64,000 bases of DNA from an uncultured Bacteriovoracaceae bacterium (GTDB lineage: Bacteria; Bdellovibrionota; UBA1018), in assembly GCA_964363305.1 (NCBI GenBank), contig CAYIHX010000019.1:2065-66064 (forward strand), read 5' to 3'. Of this stretch, positions 19,529 through 29,477 are shown in pieces. Every line of letters starts with the position of its first letter. Position 1 is the first letter of the stretch. Under the pieces are notes generated by a model, which searched no databases, was not told the origin of the DNA, and saw nothing but the letters and a program-made list of their open reading frames with translations. The translations under genes and the position numbers were made by a program.

Positions 19529-20662
19529 ATGACGCGACTTCTTCTCTTGTCGGTTTTCTTTGGTCTGTCCTGCGCGGCGTTCGCGAGTGACCCGCGCGAC
19601 GAAGGTCAGCGTCTGATCGAGTATGCGTCCGGGAAGAGGGCTTGGGTTTCGCAGGATGAGATGCAGCTCCTGTCGGAAGAGGCTCACCAAGTGGGCTCTT
19701 GCGGCGGCTTCTTCGATGTCACGTTGTGGCCGGAGGCTCGCGCGGAGGTGCAAAAGGTCTGGACGACGTTGGACGATCGCGTCCTGGAGCCCAGTCATCC
19801 TGACGAGGTGGCGCGGCTCTTTTCTCTTCTATCTCGGACGAGATACGAGGCGACGATCACGAAAATGCAGAAGTACTGGAATCGGTACTACTCGACGGAG
19901 AACGCGGTCCAGGCGGCGCAGTGGATCGCCTCCCAGTTTCGCGAAGTGTCCGTCGGTCGGGATGACGTCACGGTTGAGCTGATCGCGCACGACGAATGGC
20001 CTCAGCCTTCGGTGATCGCCAGAATTCGAGGCACGGACACGGCGCTGGAGGAAGGCATCGTGGTCGGCGCCCACGAGGATTCGATCAATACGATGGTAGC
20101 GAAACCAGAGCGAGCGGCGGCGCGGGCCCCGGGCGCTGATGATAACGCCTCGGGAGTAGCCGCGGTTCTTGAAATTTTTAGGACGTTCATGGAGAGCGGT
20201 ATTCGCCCGCGGCGGGATCTGTATTTCATGGCGTACGCCGCGGAGGAGGTCGGCCTTCTAGGCAGTCAGGCGATCGCGGCTGATTTTAAGCAGCGCCAGG
20301 TGAAAGTTGCCGCCGTGCTCAATCTGGACATGATTCTGTTTCGGGGCGCGACCGGGAAAATGGGGGTGACGACCTCGAATACGGATTCCGGGCTGAATCG
20401 ATTTTCGGAGAAATTAATCGACCGGTACGTGGGCGCGCGCCGCGAGCGCAGGTCATGCGGTTACGCTTGCAGTGATCACGCGAGTTGGGACGTCAATGGA
20501 TATCGAGCGGTGTTTCTTTTCGAAGCCGTCGGCGACATCAGTCCTTGGTGGCATCACCCGAACGATATGCTGAATGCGTCCCATGAGGTGGCATGGGGCA
20601 TGAATTTCGTGAAGGCTGGCGCCGCTTTCATGGTTGAGCTCGGAATGATGAGCCCGTTTTAG
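19529..20662 (+). CDS. Secreted M28 (leucyl) aminopeptidase
   Basis: GAHEDS, APGADDNASG, AEEVGLLGS, CGYACSDH. Confidence 0.9.
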   Translation: MTRLLLLSVFFGLSCAAFASDPRDEGQRLIEYASGKRAWVSQDEMQLLSEEAHQVGSCGGFFDVTLWPEARAEVQKVWTTLDDRVLEPSHPDEVARLFSLLSRTRYEATITKMQKYWNRYYSTENAVQAAQWIASQFREVSVGRDDVTVELIAHDEWPQPSVIARIRGTDTALEEGIVVGAHEDSINTMVAKPERAAARAPGADDNASGVAAVLEIFRTFMESGIRPRRDLYFMAYAAEEVGLLGSQAIAADFKQRQVKVAAVLNLDMILFRGATGKMGVTTSNTDSGLNRFSEKLIDRYVGARRERRSCGYACSDHASWDVNGYRAVFLFEAVGDISPWWHHPNDMLNASHEVAWGMNFVKAGAAFMVELGMMSPF

Positions 20663-21300
20663 AGCGGAACCGGGATGTTGGCGTAGGGATGTAGATCGAT
20701 CAACGAGGGACGGAGCCAGGCAATCCCGACGATGCCGACGATGAATTTCGTATTTTTGTTCATCCAAAGGTAGTTGAAAGACTCGCTTCTGCTGTTGTTT
20801 TGGCCTTGGTCCCAGTAGAGCGTCCATCGCGCACCCTCTCGTACAATATCGAAATGAATCATGCCTCGAGAGCCGGTGATGCCATTGTACAAAAAGTCGA
20901 AGTCGATTTGACCGCCCCGCTGCCCGTCAAACCGGGGAGTCTTGAGAATGGCGACGTCGCGGTCGTCTTTCGTGAAATTCACCATTCCCGCGCGAACTTC
21001 GCAGAGGTTGTAGATTCGGGCGCGTGGGTTGTCAGATCGATGCGTCATGAGCCCGATGATGTCGCCTTGCCGATCCGTCAGCGCGAAGAACCGGATCAGC
21101 ACCCCGGGCAAGGCGTTGCTTTCGACGACGGTCATCAGTGTTTGTTGAAAGGAGCCAGGCTGTGGGCGCTCGTTTCCACAGGCCGTTTGGATATTTTGAG
21201 CCGGGCCGTCGGCTTGGGCGAGGCCGGGACTGAGACCGGGAACACCAAGAACAAGTAGCGCGATTAAAGTAATGCAATTAGTCATAAGTGTGCGTTGCAT
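20659..21300 (-). CDS. Secreted hypothetical protein
   Basis: Signal peptide; 213-aa beta-rich ORF. Confidence 0.65.
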   Translation of the reverse strand: MQRTLMTNCITLIALLVLGVPGLSPGLAQADGPAQNIQTACGNERPQPGSFQQTLMTVVESNALPGVLIRFFALTDRQGDIIGLMTHRSDNPRARIYNLCEVRAGMVNFTKDDRDVAILKTPRFDGQRGGQIDFDFLYNGITGSRGMIHFDIVREGARWTLYWDQGQNNSRSESFNYLWMNKNTKFIVGIVGIAWLRPSLIDLHPYANIPVPL

Positions 21301-21429
21301 TATGCGGAGGGGAGCCCAGAGTCAAATGGCGAGTCACCCGATCTAATGTTGACTAATATCATCAGAATTACCTCAACTTCCCGAGTGTTCTTTCCGTTAG
21401 AGAGGTGTGGTGGGAGCGGGAGGAGGTAG

Positions 21430-21966
21430 TTGATCGTGTCAATGTTCATTAAAATTAGAACCATCGGTGGATATTGGCTTGCCGTCTCCGTGTCTCTGTT
21501 GGTGGCTTATTCGGGGGCGGTTCCCTCATTTGCACATGCTGATCAGCGGAGTGTTTATCATGAGGTGCGATACGAGCTGAGTCGCGCGGGCGCTCGACCG
21601 AAACGGGGAAGGCTCGTGCTTCCCGAAGGCCGGGCGGCCACGGTCATTTTGAATAATAATACGCTGCTGCGCTTTCGCTCATTTTCGGCGGCAGAGGGAA
21701 AAATTCAGGTAGAAACTGAGATTTGGGACCGACGCGAGGGGAGCGACCGCGAGCTCGTTGCGAAACCTCTGCTGCTTCTGGAGCCTGGCAAATCGGGGGA
21801 GTTCGAGGAAACACGGCCAGGATACGCAAACTTTTTGCTAGAAGTGGTGGCGCGGTCGCGTTTGCAGGAAGCCGTCGTCGCTGTCCAAGAGGAAGTCGAG
21901 GAGGCGGGCTATGAGCGAGTCAGTACCTCGCTCTTTGCGCCGCGACGCCAATCCTGGGATGAATAG
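21430..21966 (+). CDS. Secreted hypothetical protein
   Basis: AGGAGG RBS; signal peptide ending FAHA. Confidence 0.6.
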   Translation: MIVSMFIKIRTIGGYWLAVSVSLLVAYSGAVPSFAHADQRSVYHEVRYELSRAGARPKRGRLVLPEGRAATVILNNNTLLRFRSFSAAEGKIQVETEIWDRREGSDRELVAKPLLLLEPGKSGEFEETRPGYANFLLEVVARSRLQEAVVAVQEEVEEAGYERVSTSLFAPRRQSWDE

Positions 21967-21993
21967 AGTCATCGTTGGTTTTCGACTTTATCC

Positions 21994-23256
21994 TCACGCC
22001 TTGATCCAGATGGAGCTGTCACCAAAGCTCAGGAATCGATAGCGCTCCCGGAGGGCTTCGTCGTAAGCGCGGCGCCAAAGGGGCGGGGAACTCCCCGCCT
22101 GGAGAGAGAAAGCCGCCACGAGAAGAAGCAGCGAGCTGCGGGGCTGATGAAAATTCGTGATGAGGCGGTCGACGTGAAGCGGGCCGAAGCCTGGCGCGAT
22201 CATGAGGGAGGTCATTCCGACGAGCGCAGGCAGTCCATCGCTTCGCATCCGTTGCGCGATGGCACCGAAGAGTTCGGAGTCGAGGAGCGGTTGTTGCGCT
22301 CTTCCATCCCATTGACGAGCGAGGAAACCCTGGTCGACGAGCGCGCCGCCCTGACAGAGGCGCTGGCCCGCGATCGCGAGCGATTCGAGTGTTCGAAGCG
22401 AGGTGGTTCCGACGGCGACCACCCGAGCGCTGCCGCCCTTTTCTCGGGAACGGGTGGCCTCAGCCAGACCTTCGATCGCGGAGAGCGGGATCTCGATTCG
22501 CTCCGCGTGCATGTCGTGGTGGCGCGCATTTTCAACGTCAATCGGTTTGAAGGTGCCTGCGCCTACATGAAGGTGAACCTTCTCGATACGAACGTTTTGG
22601 GCGTTCAGGCGACTCAGTATCTGAGCAGAAAAATGCAGGCCGGCAGTTGGCGCGGCGACTGAACCCGGTCGTTCAGCATAGATGGTCTGATAGCGTGCGG
22701 GGTCGTCGTCGTTTTGTTCTCGCTTCAAATAGGGCGGAAGGGGGATTTTTCCGATTTCGTCGAGGAGAGCGGCGAGTGAAAGGGTTTTATCGAGCCACTG
22801 GAGCTGAACTCGGGCATGAGCACCCTCCTTGTGTAGAACCTGGATCGTGAGACTTTTTTCCGTTTGCAGACGGTCGCCCGCGGAAATCCGCTTCCCGCCG
22901 ATCAGCGCCATCCATTCGGAGGGGTTTCTCGAGGCGAGCGCGATCGCGGGGTCGGCAGACGGCCCGGCCGGACTGAGCAGGAGAACCTCGACGGCGCCAC
23001 CAGTGGCTTTCGTGCACGGAATGCGAGCCGCGATCACGCGGCTGGCGTTCATCCAGAGTAGGCTGTCCGGGGGGATCAGGTCGGGGAGTTTCGAGAAGTG
23101 GGTGTGCGTGATGGTCTCCGAGGGGATATCGATCGCGAGCAACCTACTCGCATCGCGCTCTTCAAGCGGATGGCGCGCGATGAGCGAGTCTGGAAGAGGG
23201 TAATCGTATTGTTGCATTTCAAGAGCGGCATCGATCATCCTGACATCCATTCTCAA
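21994..23256 (-). CDS. queA: S-adenosylmethionine:tRNA ribosyltransferase-isomerase
   Basis: PLPPYL, YQTIYA, SVAAPTAGLHF, LHVGAGTF, TNFHQP, YRFLSFGD. Confidence 0.95.
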   Translation of the reverse strand: MRMDVRMIDAALEMQQYDYPLPDSLIARHPLEERDASRLLAIDIPSETITHTHFSKLPDLIPPDSLLWMNASRVIAARIPCTKATGGAVEVLLLSPAGPSADPAIALASRNPSEWMALIGGKRISAGDRLQTEKSLTIQVLHKEGAHARVQLQWLDKTLSLAALLDEIGKIPLPPYLKREQNDDDPARYQTIYAERPGSVAAPTAGLHFSAQILSRLNAQNVRIEKVHLHVGAGTFKPIDVENARHHDMHAERIEIPLSAIEGLAEATRSREKGGSARVVAVGTTSLRTLESLAIAGQRLCQGGALVDQGFLARQWDGRAQQPLLDSELFGAIAQRMRSDGLPALVGMTSLMIAPGFGPLHVDRLITNFHQPRSSLLLLVAAFSLQAGSSPPLWRRAYDEALRERYRFLSFGDSSIWIKA

Positions 23257-23323
23257 CTTAAGCGCTTGCGCGCAACCTTCTTACGGCTACAAACTGAGAG
23301 AAATGAAGAGGAGAATCTCAGAC

Positions 23324-23683
23324 ATGTCTACGAATTTACAGCGTCGTCAGTGGTTGAAGAAGGCTTTGCTCATGGTTGCCGCGTTGCCGTTTGCCGGTGG
23401 CATCATCAGTGCGTGCACCAAGGGAGGCGAAGCGCTTCCTGAAGGTCAGAGTGAAGTCAGTGAGAGCGATCCCACTGCACAGGCTTTGGGATACAAGGCA
23501 GATGCTTCGGCAGTTGATGTTACCAAGTTCCCCAAGAAGGCTGAAGCGGATGGGGCTACTCAGACCTGTGCGAATTGCGCTCAGTACACCGCAGCCAACG
23601 GGACCTGGGGAAAGTGCAATATCTTCCCTCAGGGAGTGGTGGCCGCGAAGGGCTGGTGCAATAGCTGGGTTCCTAAGGCTTAA
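23324..23683 (+). CDS. High-potential iron-sulfur protein (HiPIP), Tat lipoprotein
   Basis: RRQWLK Tat motif, ISAC lipobox, CANC...C...GWCNSW. Confidence 0.9.
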   Translation: MSTNLQRRQWLKKALLMVAALPFAGGIISACTKGGEALPEGQSEVSESDPTAQALGYKADASAVDVTKFPKKAEADGATQTCANCAQYTAANGTWGKCNIFPQGVVAAKGWCNSWVPKA

Positions 23684-23811
23684 GGCGCCGCGAGCGGAAG
23701 TTTGCGAAGGTTTTTCTTTTGACGCCGCGATTGCCCGAGCCCGGGATCGCGGCGTTTCTTATTTTCTCCAGGGTGGAATTCCGCCCCTCTTGTGCTAGTT
23801 GCGGTCCAGCT

Positions 23812-24642
23812 ATGAATTTATCGTCGACCGATTCTGAATTCGAGACCTATCGCTTGCATCGACGATTTGATCGGATGGGCCGTCTCGTCGGCGATGATGC
23901 CATGAAGAAGCTCATGAGTTCTCATGTGATGGTGATCGGTTTGGGTGGAGTGGGTTCTTGGGCGGTCGAAGCTCTGATGCGAAGTGGAGTGGGCGAGGTC
24001 ACGCTCGTCGATTTCGATGAGATCTGCATCACGAACACGAATCGCCAGCTGCACGCACTTACCGGCTTGGTTGGTCAGAACAAGGCAGACGTGCTCGCCG
24101 AGCGGATGAGGCGAATTAATCCGCTGGCAAAAGTGAACGCGGTCGTAAAGTTCTACGCTAAAAATACTGCGGAGGAGATCTTCGCGAGGCGTCCAGACTT
24201 CGTGATCGACGCGATCGATAACGTCACTGCGAAGTGCAACTTGATTGCGCGCTGTCGGGCCGAGGGGATTCCGATTGTGGTTTCGACCGGAAGCGCCGGG
24301 CGCATGGATCCCACTCAGTTGCGTGTGACGGATCTCGCCGAAACGGAGATCGATCCTTTGGCGAAGGCTGTGCGAAGAATTTTGCGCCAGGAGTATGGGT
24401 TTGCGGAGAAGGGGCCGTTCGGCGTGCAGGCCGTGTTTTCATTCGAGCCACCCACCCTGCCGTACGAGCTGGCGTATGATGACGGCAAGGGCTTTAAGTG
24501 TGTTTGTCCGCAAGGGGAGAACAACCTCAATACCTGCGATGCTAAGAACATCATTCTCGGTAACGCCTCTTTTGCGACCGGGGCGTTTGGGCTTGCCTGC
24601 GCCTCGCACGTGGTGCGTCAGTTGATCGCTGCCGAGATATAA
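23812..24642 (+). CDS. tcdA: tRNA threonylcarbamoyladenosine dehydratase (ThiF family)
   Basis: GLGGVGSWAVEAL, DFDEICITNTNRQLHA, DAID, DPLAKAVR. Confidence 0.88.
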   Translation: MNLSSTDSEFETYRLHRRFDRMGRLVGDDAMKKLMSSHVMVIGLGGVGSWAVEALMRSGVGEVTLVDFDEICITNTNRQLHALTGLVGQNKADVLAERMRRINPLAKVNAVVKFYAKNTAEEIFARRPDFVIDAIDNVTAKCNLIARCRAEGIPIVVSTGSAGRMDPTQLRVTDLAETEIDPLAKAVRRILRQEYGFAEKGPFGVQAVFSFEPPTLPYELAYDDGKGFKCVCPQGENNLNTCDAKNIILGNASFATGAFGLACASHVVRQLIAAEI

Positions 24643-24694
24643 GAACGTCTAAGATGTGACGCTCTGCAGTTACACAAAGGAAAGAGAACTATCC

Positions 24695-24722
24695 TTGACA
24701 GATTTCCCGGGCTCTCTACACT
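24695..24722 (+). promoter_or_regulatory. Sigma70-type promoter for the subtilase gene
   Basis: TTGACA-16nt-TACACT. Confidence 0.6.
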
Positions 24723-24887
24723 GGGTAGATCTTGCAGTATCCGTCACACCTTTCAGCCAAGTAAAAGGGTGTGCGGGCACCCGAGGTCTTGAGAGTCCTT
24801 TTTCTCAAGGTTTCGAGCGCCCGGTTTTTCAGTGTAATCGGGCGAAGTGATTTCTAAACACCTCATGCCTCATGAAGGAGGAGCCCC

Positions 24888-26630
24888 ATGTTCCAAGCTG
24901 GAAGGCCTTTCGGCACGGATGCCGTGAAACAGTTTCTATCTCCGCTAGCGCTTGTCGTTTGCGCCGTATTTTCGTTCGCGTTCGCGGCTGAAGCGGCGAA
25001 CCCGAAGGGGCGCCTGGCCGCCCATGTTCCGGGTGAGTTTCTGGTCAAGGTTCGCTCCGATGGAATGGGCATGATGAGCGTGAAGGCGGCCGAGGGCGTC
25101 GTCCGACAGGCGTTGAGTGCCAAGAGCTTGGGTTTAGCCATCGAATCGATCTCCCCCTTGCGTACTGACGCGCGGATTCAGAAGGTGAAGTTGACCCATG
25201 CCCAGTCGCTTGAAGCGGCGTTGAATCGCTTGAATGCAAACCCCCGGATTGAATACGCCGAGCCAAACTACATTTATCAGATCAGCTCCTATGAGCGCGC
25301 TTTCAACCTGCCAAACGACGAGATGGTGGGACAGCTTTGGGGGATGAAAAATACTGGGCAGGCCGATAAGAGCGGCCAAGTGGGGACGCCGGGCGCGGAC
25401 ATCAATGTTGCTCCGCTTTGGGAGATGGGCATCACCGGTGATCGTCGAATCACCGTCGCGATCATCGATACCGGGGTATCTTGGACGCACCCTGACCTGG
25501 TCGATAACTTGTATACGAATCCGGGAGAAATCGCTGGGAACGGAATCGATGATGACGGCAACGGCTACATCGACGACGTCCACGGCTGGAACTTCGAAGG
25601 AAAGTCGAACAATTCGACCGATGATCATGATCACGGCAGTCATTGCGCCGGGACCATCGGCGGTACCGGTAATAACGGAATCGGCGTCGCGGGGGTGAAC
25701 TGGAAAGTTTCCCTGATGCCCTTGAAGTTCTTGAGCGCGAGCGGCAGCGGGAGTCTTGACGATGCAGTCGACGCCATCAACTACGCGACGATGATGCACG
25801 TCAATGTGATGAGCAACAGCTGGGGCGGCGGTGGTTTCTCGCAGACTATGCTGGATGCGATTACTCGCGCGAAGGACGCGGGGATCTTGTTCGTGGCGGC
25901 GGCTGGAAATGCGTCCTCGAACAATGATGCGACCCCGACTTATCCCTCGAATTACGTCGTCGATAACGTGCTCTCGGTGGGGGCGACGGATAATCGCGAT
26001 ACCTTGGCGAGTTTTTCTTGCTTCGGTAAGCGCACGGTTCATGTTGCTGCTCCGGGTAACTGGATTCTCAGCAGCGTGAAAAACGGTGGCTACGATCTGT
26101 TCCGAGGAACCTCGATGGCCACGCCTCATGTGGCGGGGATTGCAGCCCTGCTTCTTTCGGCGCACCCAGAGTGGGGTTTCGCCGAGTTGAAGGATCGTCT
26201 CATTCGTTCGAGCCCCAAGCTGGAGACTTTGAAGCGTAAGGTGAAGTCCGGTGGTCGTGTCGACGCGTATAATGCGATGATGGGGATCTTCCCTCCGACC
26301 AATGAACCGGATGAATCAGCCTGGCAGGATGTGGCGTTCGCGATCGAGACGGAGCATCCTTACAAGGAAGACAGCGATCTGACCTTCCCGATCGAGGTCG
26401 AAGGCGCGAAGTTTGTGCGCGTCGTTTTTGATCGAATCGATCTGGAGCAGGGGTACGACAAGGTGTGGCTTGAGAATTCCGCTGGTGATCGGATCGATGA
26501 GCTGAGTGGCCGATCTGACAACTATGTGTCTGAATATTTCGAAGGCGGCAGTGGACGGATCCGGTTCTCCTCTGACTCGTCGGTTAGTAGTTGGGGCTTC
26601 TCTATCACCCGCATTCAGGTGATTCGCTAA
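24888..26630 (+). CDS. Subtilisin-like S8 serine protease with propeptide and C-terminal CUB-like domain
   Basis: IIDTG, HGSHCAG, AAAGN, GTSMATPHVAG; C-terminal ETEHPY...FSSDSS. Confidence 0.95.
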   Translation: MFQAGRPFGTDAVKQFLSPLALVVCAVFSFAFAAEAANPKGRLAAHVPGEFLVKVRSDGMGMMSVKAAEGVVRQALSAKSLGLAIESISPLRTDARIQKVKLTHAQSLEAALNRLNANPRIEYAEPNYIYQISSYERAFNLPNDEMVGQLWGMKNTGQADKSGQVGTPGADINVAPLWEMGITGDRRITVAIIDTGVSWTHPDLVDNLYTNPGEIAGNGIDDDGNGYIDDVHGWNFEGKSNNSTDDHDHGSHCAGTIGGTGNNGIGVAGVNWKVSLMPLKFLSASGSGSLDDAVDAINYATMMHVNVMSNSWGGGGFSQTMLDAITRAKDAGILFVAAAGNASSNNDATPTYPSNYVVDNVLSVGATDNRDTLASFSCFGKRTVHVAAPGNWILSSVKNGGYDLFRGTSMATPHVAGIAALLLSAHPEWGFAELKDRLIRSSPKLETLKRKVKSGGRVDAYNAMMGIFPPTNEPDESAWQDVAFAIETEHPYKEDSDLTFPIEVEGAKFVRVVFDRIDLEQGYDKVWLENSAGDRIDELSGRSDNYVSEYFEGGSGRIRFSSDSSVSSWGFSITRIQVIR

Positions 26631-26717
26631 GCCTCCTTCCGCATCGTAAGATTTGTACGGAGTAGGGGCTCACCTCAGGGATCCTGGGTTGAGCCTCTGC
26701 CCATTTCTGGGTACCCT

Positions 26718-27278
26718 TTGTGGATGCGTACTTCCCTGATCGGTCTCTTGCTGTTTGTCTTTCTTGCCGGTGGCATCGGCTCCGCTTCCGCAAACTCGCC
26801 GGCCCTTGTTCCCAGTCCGACCCCTGTTCCCAGTCCGTCCCCCGTTCCGAGTCCGTCCGCAGCGCCCGAGAAGCTCAAACGCGAGGTCGCGCAGGGTTTG
26901 CAGAAATCATTTGATCGCGCCCAAGCGACCTATCTCCAGGCTCTGAAGCACCGGCAGAAGATGGAGTTCGATGAGCTCATTGCAAATCAGCGGCAACGAC
27001 GCAAAGAGTGGGATCAGAGTGAGAAAGAGAAGCGCCACTTGTTCTTCAAGGAGAATCCTCGCGGTGAGGATCGCCGGGTCTTCATCAAGGATTTCATCGA
27101 TCGCCGCAAGGCGTTCGCGCGGATTCTCAGTGACGAGAAATCGAGTCGCAAGCGCGACCATGCTGTTCGAAAGAAGGCGGTAGTTGCCGAGCTTTCAGAG
27201 AAGAGGAAAGCGTTCCTCAAAAAAATTGCCGTCTTGGATCAGCCCGAATCGAATCTCTGGCCGCAGGGATCGCCTTAA
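26718..27278 (+). CDS. Secreted basic coiled-coil hypothetical protein with a Pro/Ser linker
   Basis: Signal peptide; VPSPTPVPSPSPVPSPS. Confidence 0.7.
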   Translation: MWMRTSLIGLLLFVFLAGGIGSASANSPALVPSPTPVPSPSPVPSPSAAPEKLKREVAQGLQKSFDRAQATYLQALKHRQKMEFDELIANQRQRRKEWDQSEKEKRHLFFKENPRGEDRRVFIKDFIDRRKAFARILSDEKSSRKRDHAVRKKAVVAELSEKRKAFLKKIAVLDQPESNLWPQGSP

Positions 27279-27290
27279 ATCCGAGCGTAA

Positions 27291-29477
27291 CTAAGACCGC
27301 AGGCGCTCAACCGAGATCACTCCGCGCTTGGCCTCGAGCGCCTGTGAGACTTTTTGCAGTTGCACGAGATCGGTTACCTCGACGTCGAAGAGCGCGATCG
27401 CCTTCTTGTCTTTCGTGGTGCGGATATTGGCCGATGCGATGTTCACGCCGCAGGCCGCGATGGTTTGTGACATGAGGGCCAAGAGTCCGGGCTCATCCAG
27501 CGAAAGAACCCGAATGCGGACATGCCGACGCATCGAGGCTTTGTCGGCCAGGTTCCATTCGACGTCGATTTTCCTTTCGACGTCGTTATCGATCGCCTTG
27601 CTGCAGGTTGCGGTATGAATGGTGACGCCCCGGCCCCGTGTGATGAAGCCGACGATCCCATCGCCCGGAAGCGGGTTGCAGCACCGACCGAAGCGGATCA
27701 GTACGTCTTCGAGATTGGCCACGCGAATCGCCGTGCGGGCTTCGGTTTTCTTCTTCGCCACGCCGAGCACACGCTTGAGAAAATTCGCGTCGCCTGCCTT
27801 CGCTGCCTCGAGTTTTCGTTCGAGGGCCTCTTTTGGAACGACCAACGGAATGACGTCATCGGGCTGGATTCGGCCATAACCGACCGCAACGAAGAATTCA
27901 TCGGAGGTTCGGCAGTTGAAGTGAGTTTGGATTTTTTCCTGTTCGCCGCTTTTCAGGATTTTTGCCAGGGTGAGGCCATAAGGGCGAATGGCTTTTTCAA
28001 CCATCTCATTGCCCAGCTCCCTGGCCCGATCCCGTTCCTGTTGCTTGATGTAAGCGCGAATTTTCGCGCGGGCGCGCGAAGAGCGCGCAATCTTCAGCCA
28101 ATCTTTCGAAGGAGTCTGCTGCGGAGAGGTCAGGACCTCGATCGTGTCCCCCGATTTCAACCGGTGCTTCAGAGGGACGATCCTCCCGTTCACCTTCGCG
28201 CCGACGCACCGGTTTCCCACGTCGGTATGAACCGCGTAAGCGAAGTCGAGCGGGGTCGCCCCGTGACTCAGCTCTTTGACCTCGCCCTGGGGCGTAAAGA
28301 CAAAGACGTCTTCCGCAAAGAGGTCGATCTTTACGGTTTCTAGAAACTCATTCGGATCGCTGAGGTCCTTGTGCCATTGCAGGAGGCGGCTCACCCACTC
28401 GACGTTCTCGTGCGAGCGCGAGTCGAAGCGGCCTTCCTTGTACTTCCAGTGCGCGGCAATCCCCCTTTCGGCGACGGTGCCCATCTCGTGGGTTCGAATC
28501 TGTATTTCGATTCGTTCGCCATCGGGCGCGATCACCGTGGTGTGGAGCGCTTGGTAGCCGTTCGCTTTCGGCATGGCGATGTAGTCTTTGAAACGTCCCG
28601 GGATGGGCTTGTAACTTGCGTGAATCACGCCCAGTGCTTTGTAGCACTCCGTGATGTTTTCAACGCCAATACGGAAAGCGATCAGGTCGTGAATCTGATC
28701 GAAGTCGACGCTTCTGCGCTCCATTTTCTTGTAAATGGAGTAAAAATGTTTGGCGCGCCCGGAAATTTGGGCGGCGATTTCGTATTCCTTCAGTCGCTCC
28801 TCAAGACCGTTGATGAAATCTTCGATGGATTTTTCGCGCTCCTTCTTCTTCTTCGAGACGCTTTTCGCCAGGCGGTAATAAACGTCGGGGTGAAGGTAGT
28901 GAAGACAGTGGTCCTCAAGCTCGCACTTGATCCAGCTGATGCCCAGGCGGTTGGCGATAGGGGCGTAGATGTCGACGGTCTCTTGCGCGATGATCTGCTG
29001 CTTGGCAGGGGGCAGGTGCTCGAGCGTTCTCATGTTGTTGAGGCGATCGGCGAGTTTCACGAGGATGACTCGGATGTCCTTCGACATGGCGAGAATCATC
29101 TTCCGGAAGTTCTCGGCTTGTTTCTCTTCCGTTGTTTTGAACGTGATCTTGGAGAGTTTGGTTACGCCATCCACTAGCTCCGCCACGTCCGGGCCGAACT
29201 CGGTAGAGATCTGTTCGAGAGTGACTCCCGTATCTTCAACCGTATCGTGCAGCAGAGCGGTAATGATACTGGGTAGGTCGAGCCGTAGCTCCGCCAGGGT
29301 CTGAGCGACTTCCGTGGGATGAATGATGTAGGGCTCGCCACTCGAACGTTTTTGCCCCAAGTGCGCCTTGGCCGCAAAGGCCCAGGCGTGATCCACTAAG
29401 GCGAGGTTCGCATCGGGGTAGTAGGAGAGGATCGCGATTTTCAGCGTCTCCAGAGTAACGGGCGGGCGGTCAGACAT
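27291..29477 (-). CDS. spoT: Bifunctional (p)ppGpp synthetase/hydrolase
   Basis: HD domain LLHDTVED, RFKDYI, AAHWKYK, TGS and ACT domains. Confidence 0.97.
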   Translation of the reverse strand: MSDRPPVTLETLKIAILSYYPDANLALVDHAWAFAAKAHLGQKRSSGEPYIIHPTEVAQTLAELRLDLPSIITALLHDTVEDTGVTLEQISTEFGPDVAELVDGVTKLSKITFKTTEEKQAENFRKMILAMSKDIRVILVKLADRLNNMRTLEHLPPAKQQIIAQETVDIYAPIANRLGISWIKCELEDHCLHYLHPDVYYRLAKSVSKKKKEREKSIEDFINGLEERLKEYEIAAQISGRAKHFYSIYKKMERRSVDFDQIHDLIAFRIGVENITECYKALGVIHASYKPIPGRFKDYIAMPKANGYQALHTTVIAPDGERIEIQIRTHEMGTVAERGIAAHWKYKEGRFDSRSHENVEWVSRLLQWHKDLSDPNEFLETVKIDLFAEDVFVFTPQGEVKELSHGATPLDFAYAVHTDVGNRCVGAKVNGRIVPLKHRLKSGDTIEVLTSPQQTPSKDWLKIARSSRARAKIRAYIKQQERDRARELGNEMVEKAIRPYGLTLAKILKSGEQEKIQTHFNCRTSDEFFVAVGYGRIQPDDVIPLVVPKEALERKLEAAKAGDANFLKRVLGVAKKKTEARTAIRVANLEDVLIRFGRCCNPLPGDGIVGFITRGRGVTIHTATCSKAIDNDVERKIDVEWNLADKASMRRHVRIRVLSLDEPGLLALMSQTIAACGVNIASANIRTTKDKKAIALFDVEVTDLVQLQKVSQALEAKRGVISVERLRS

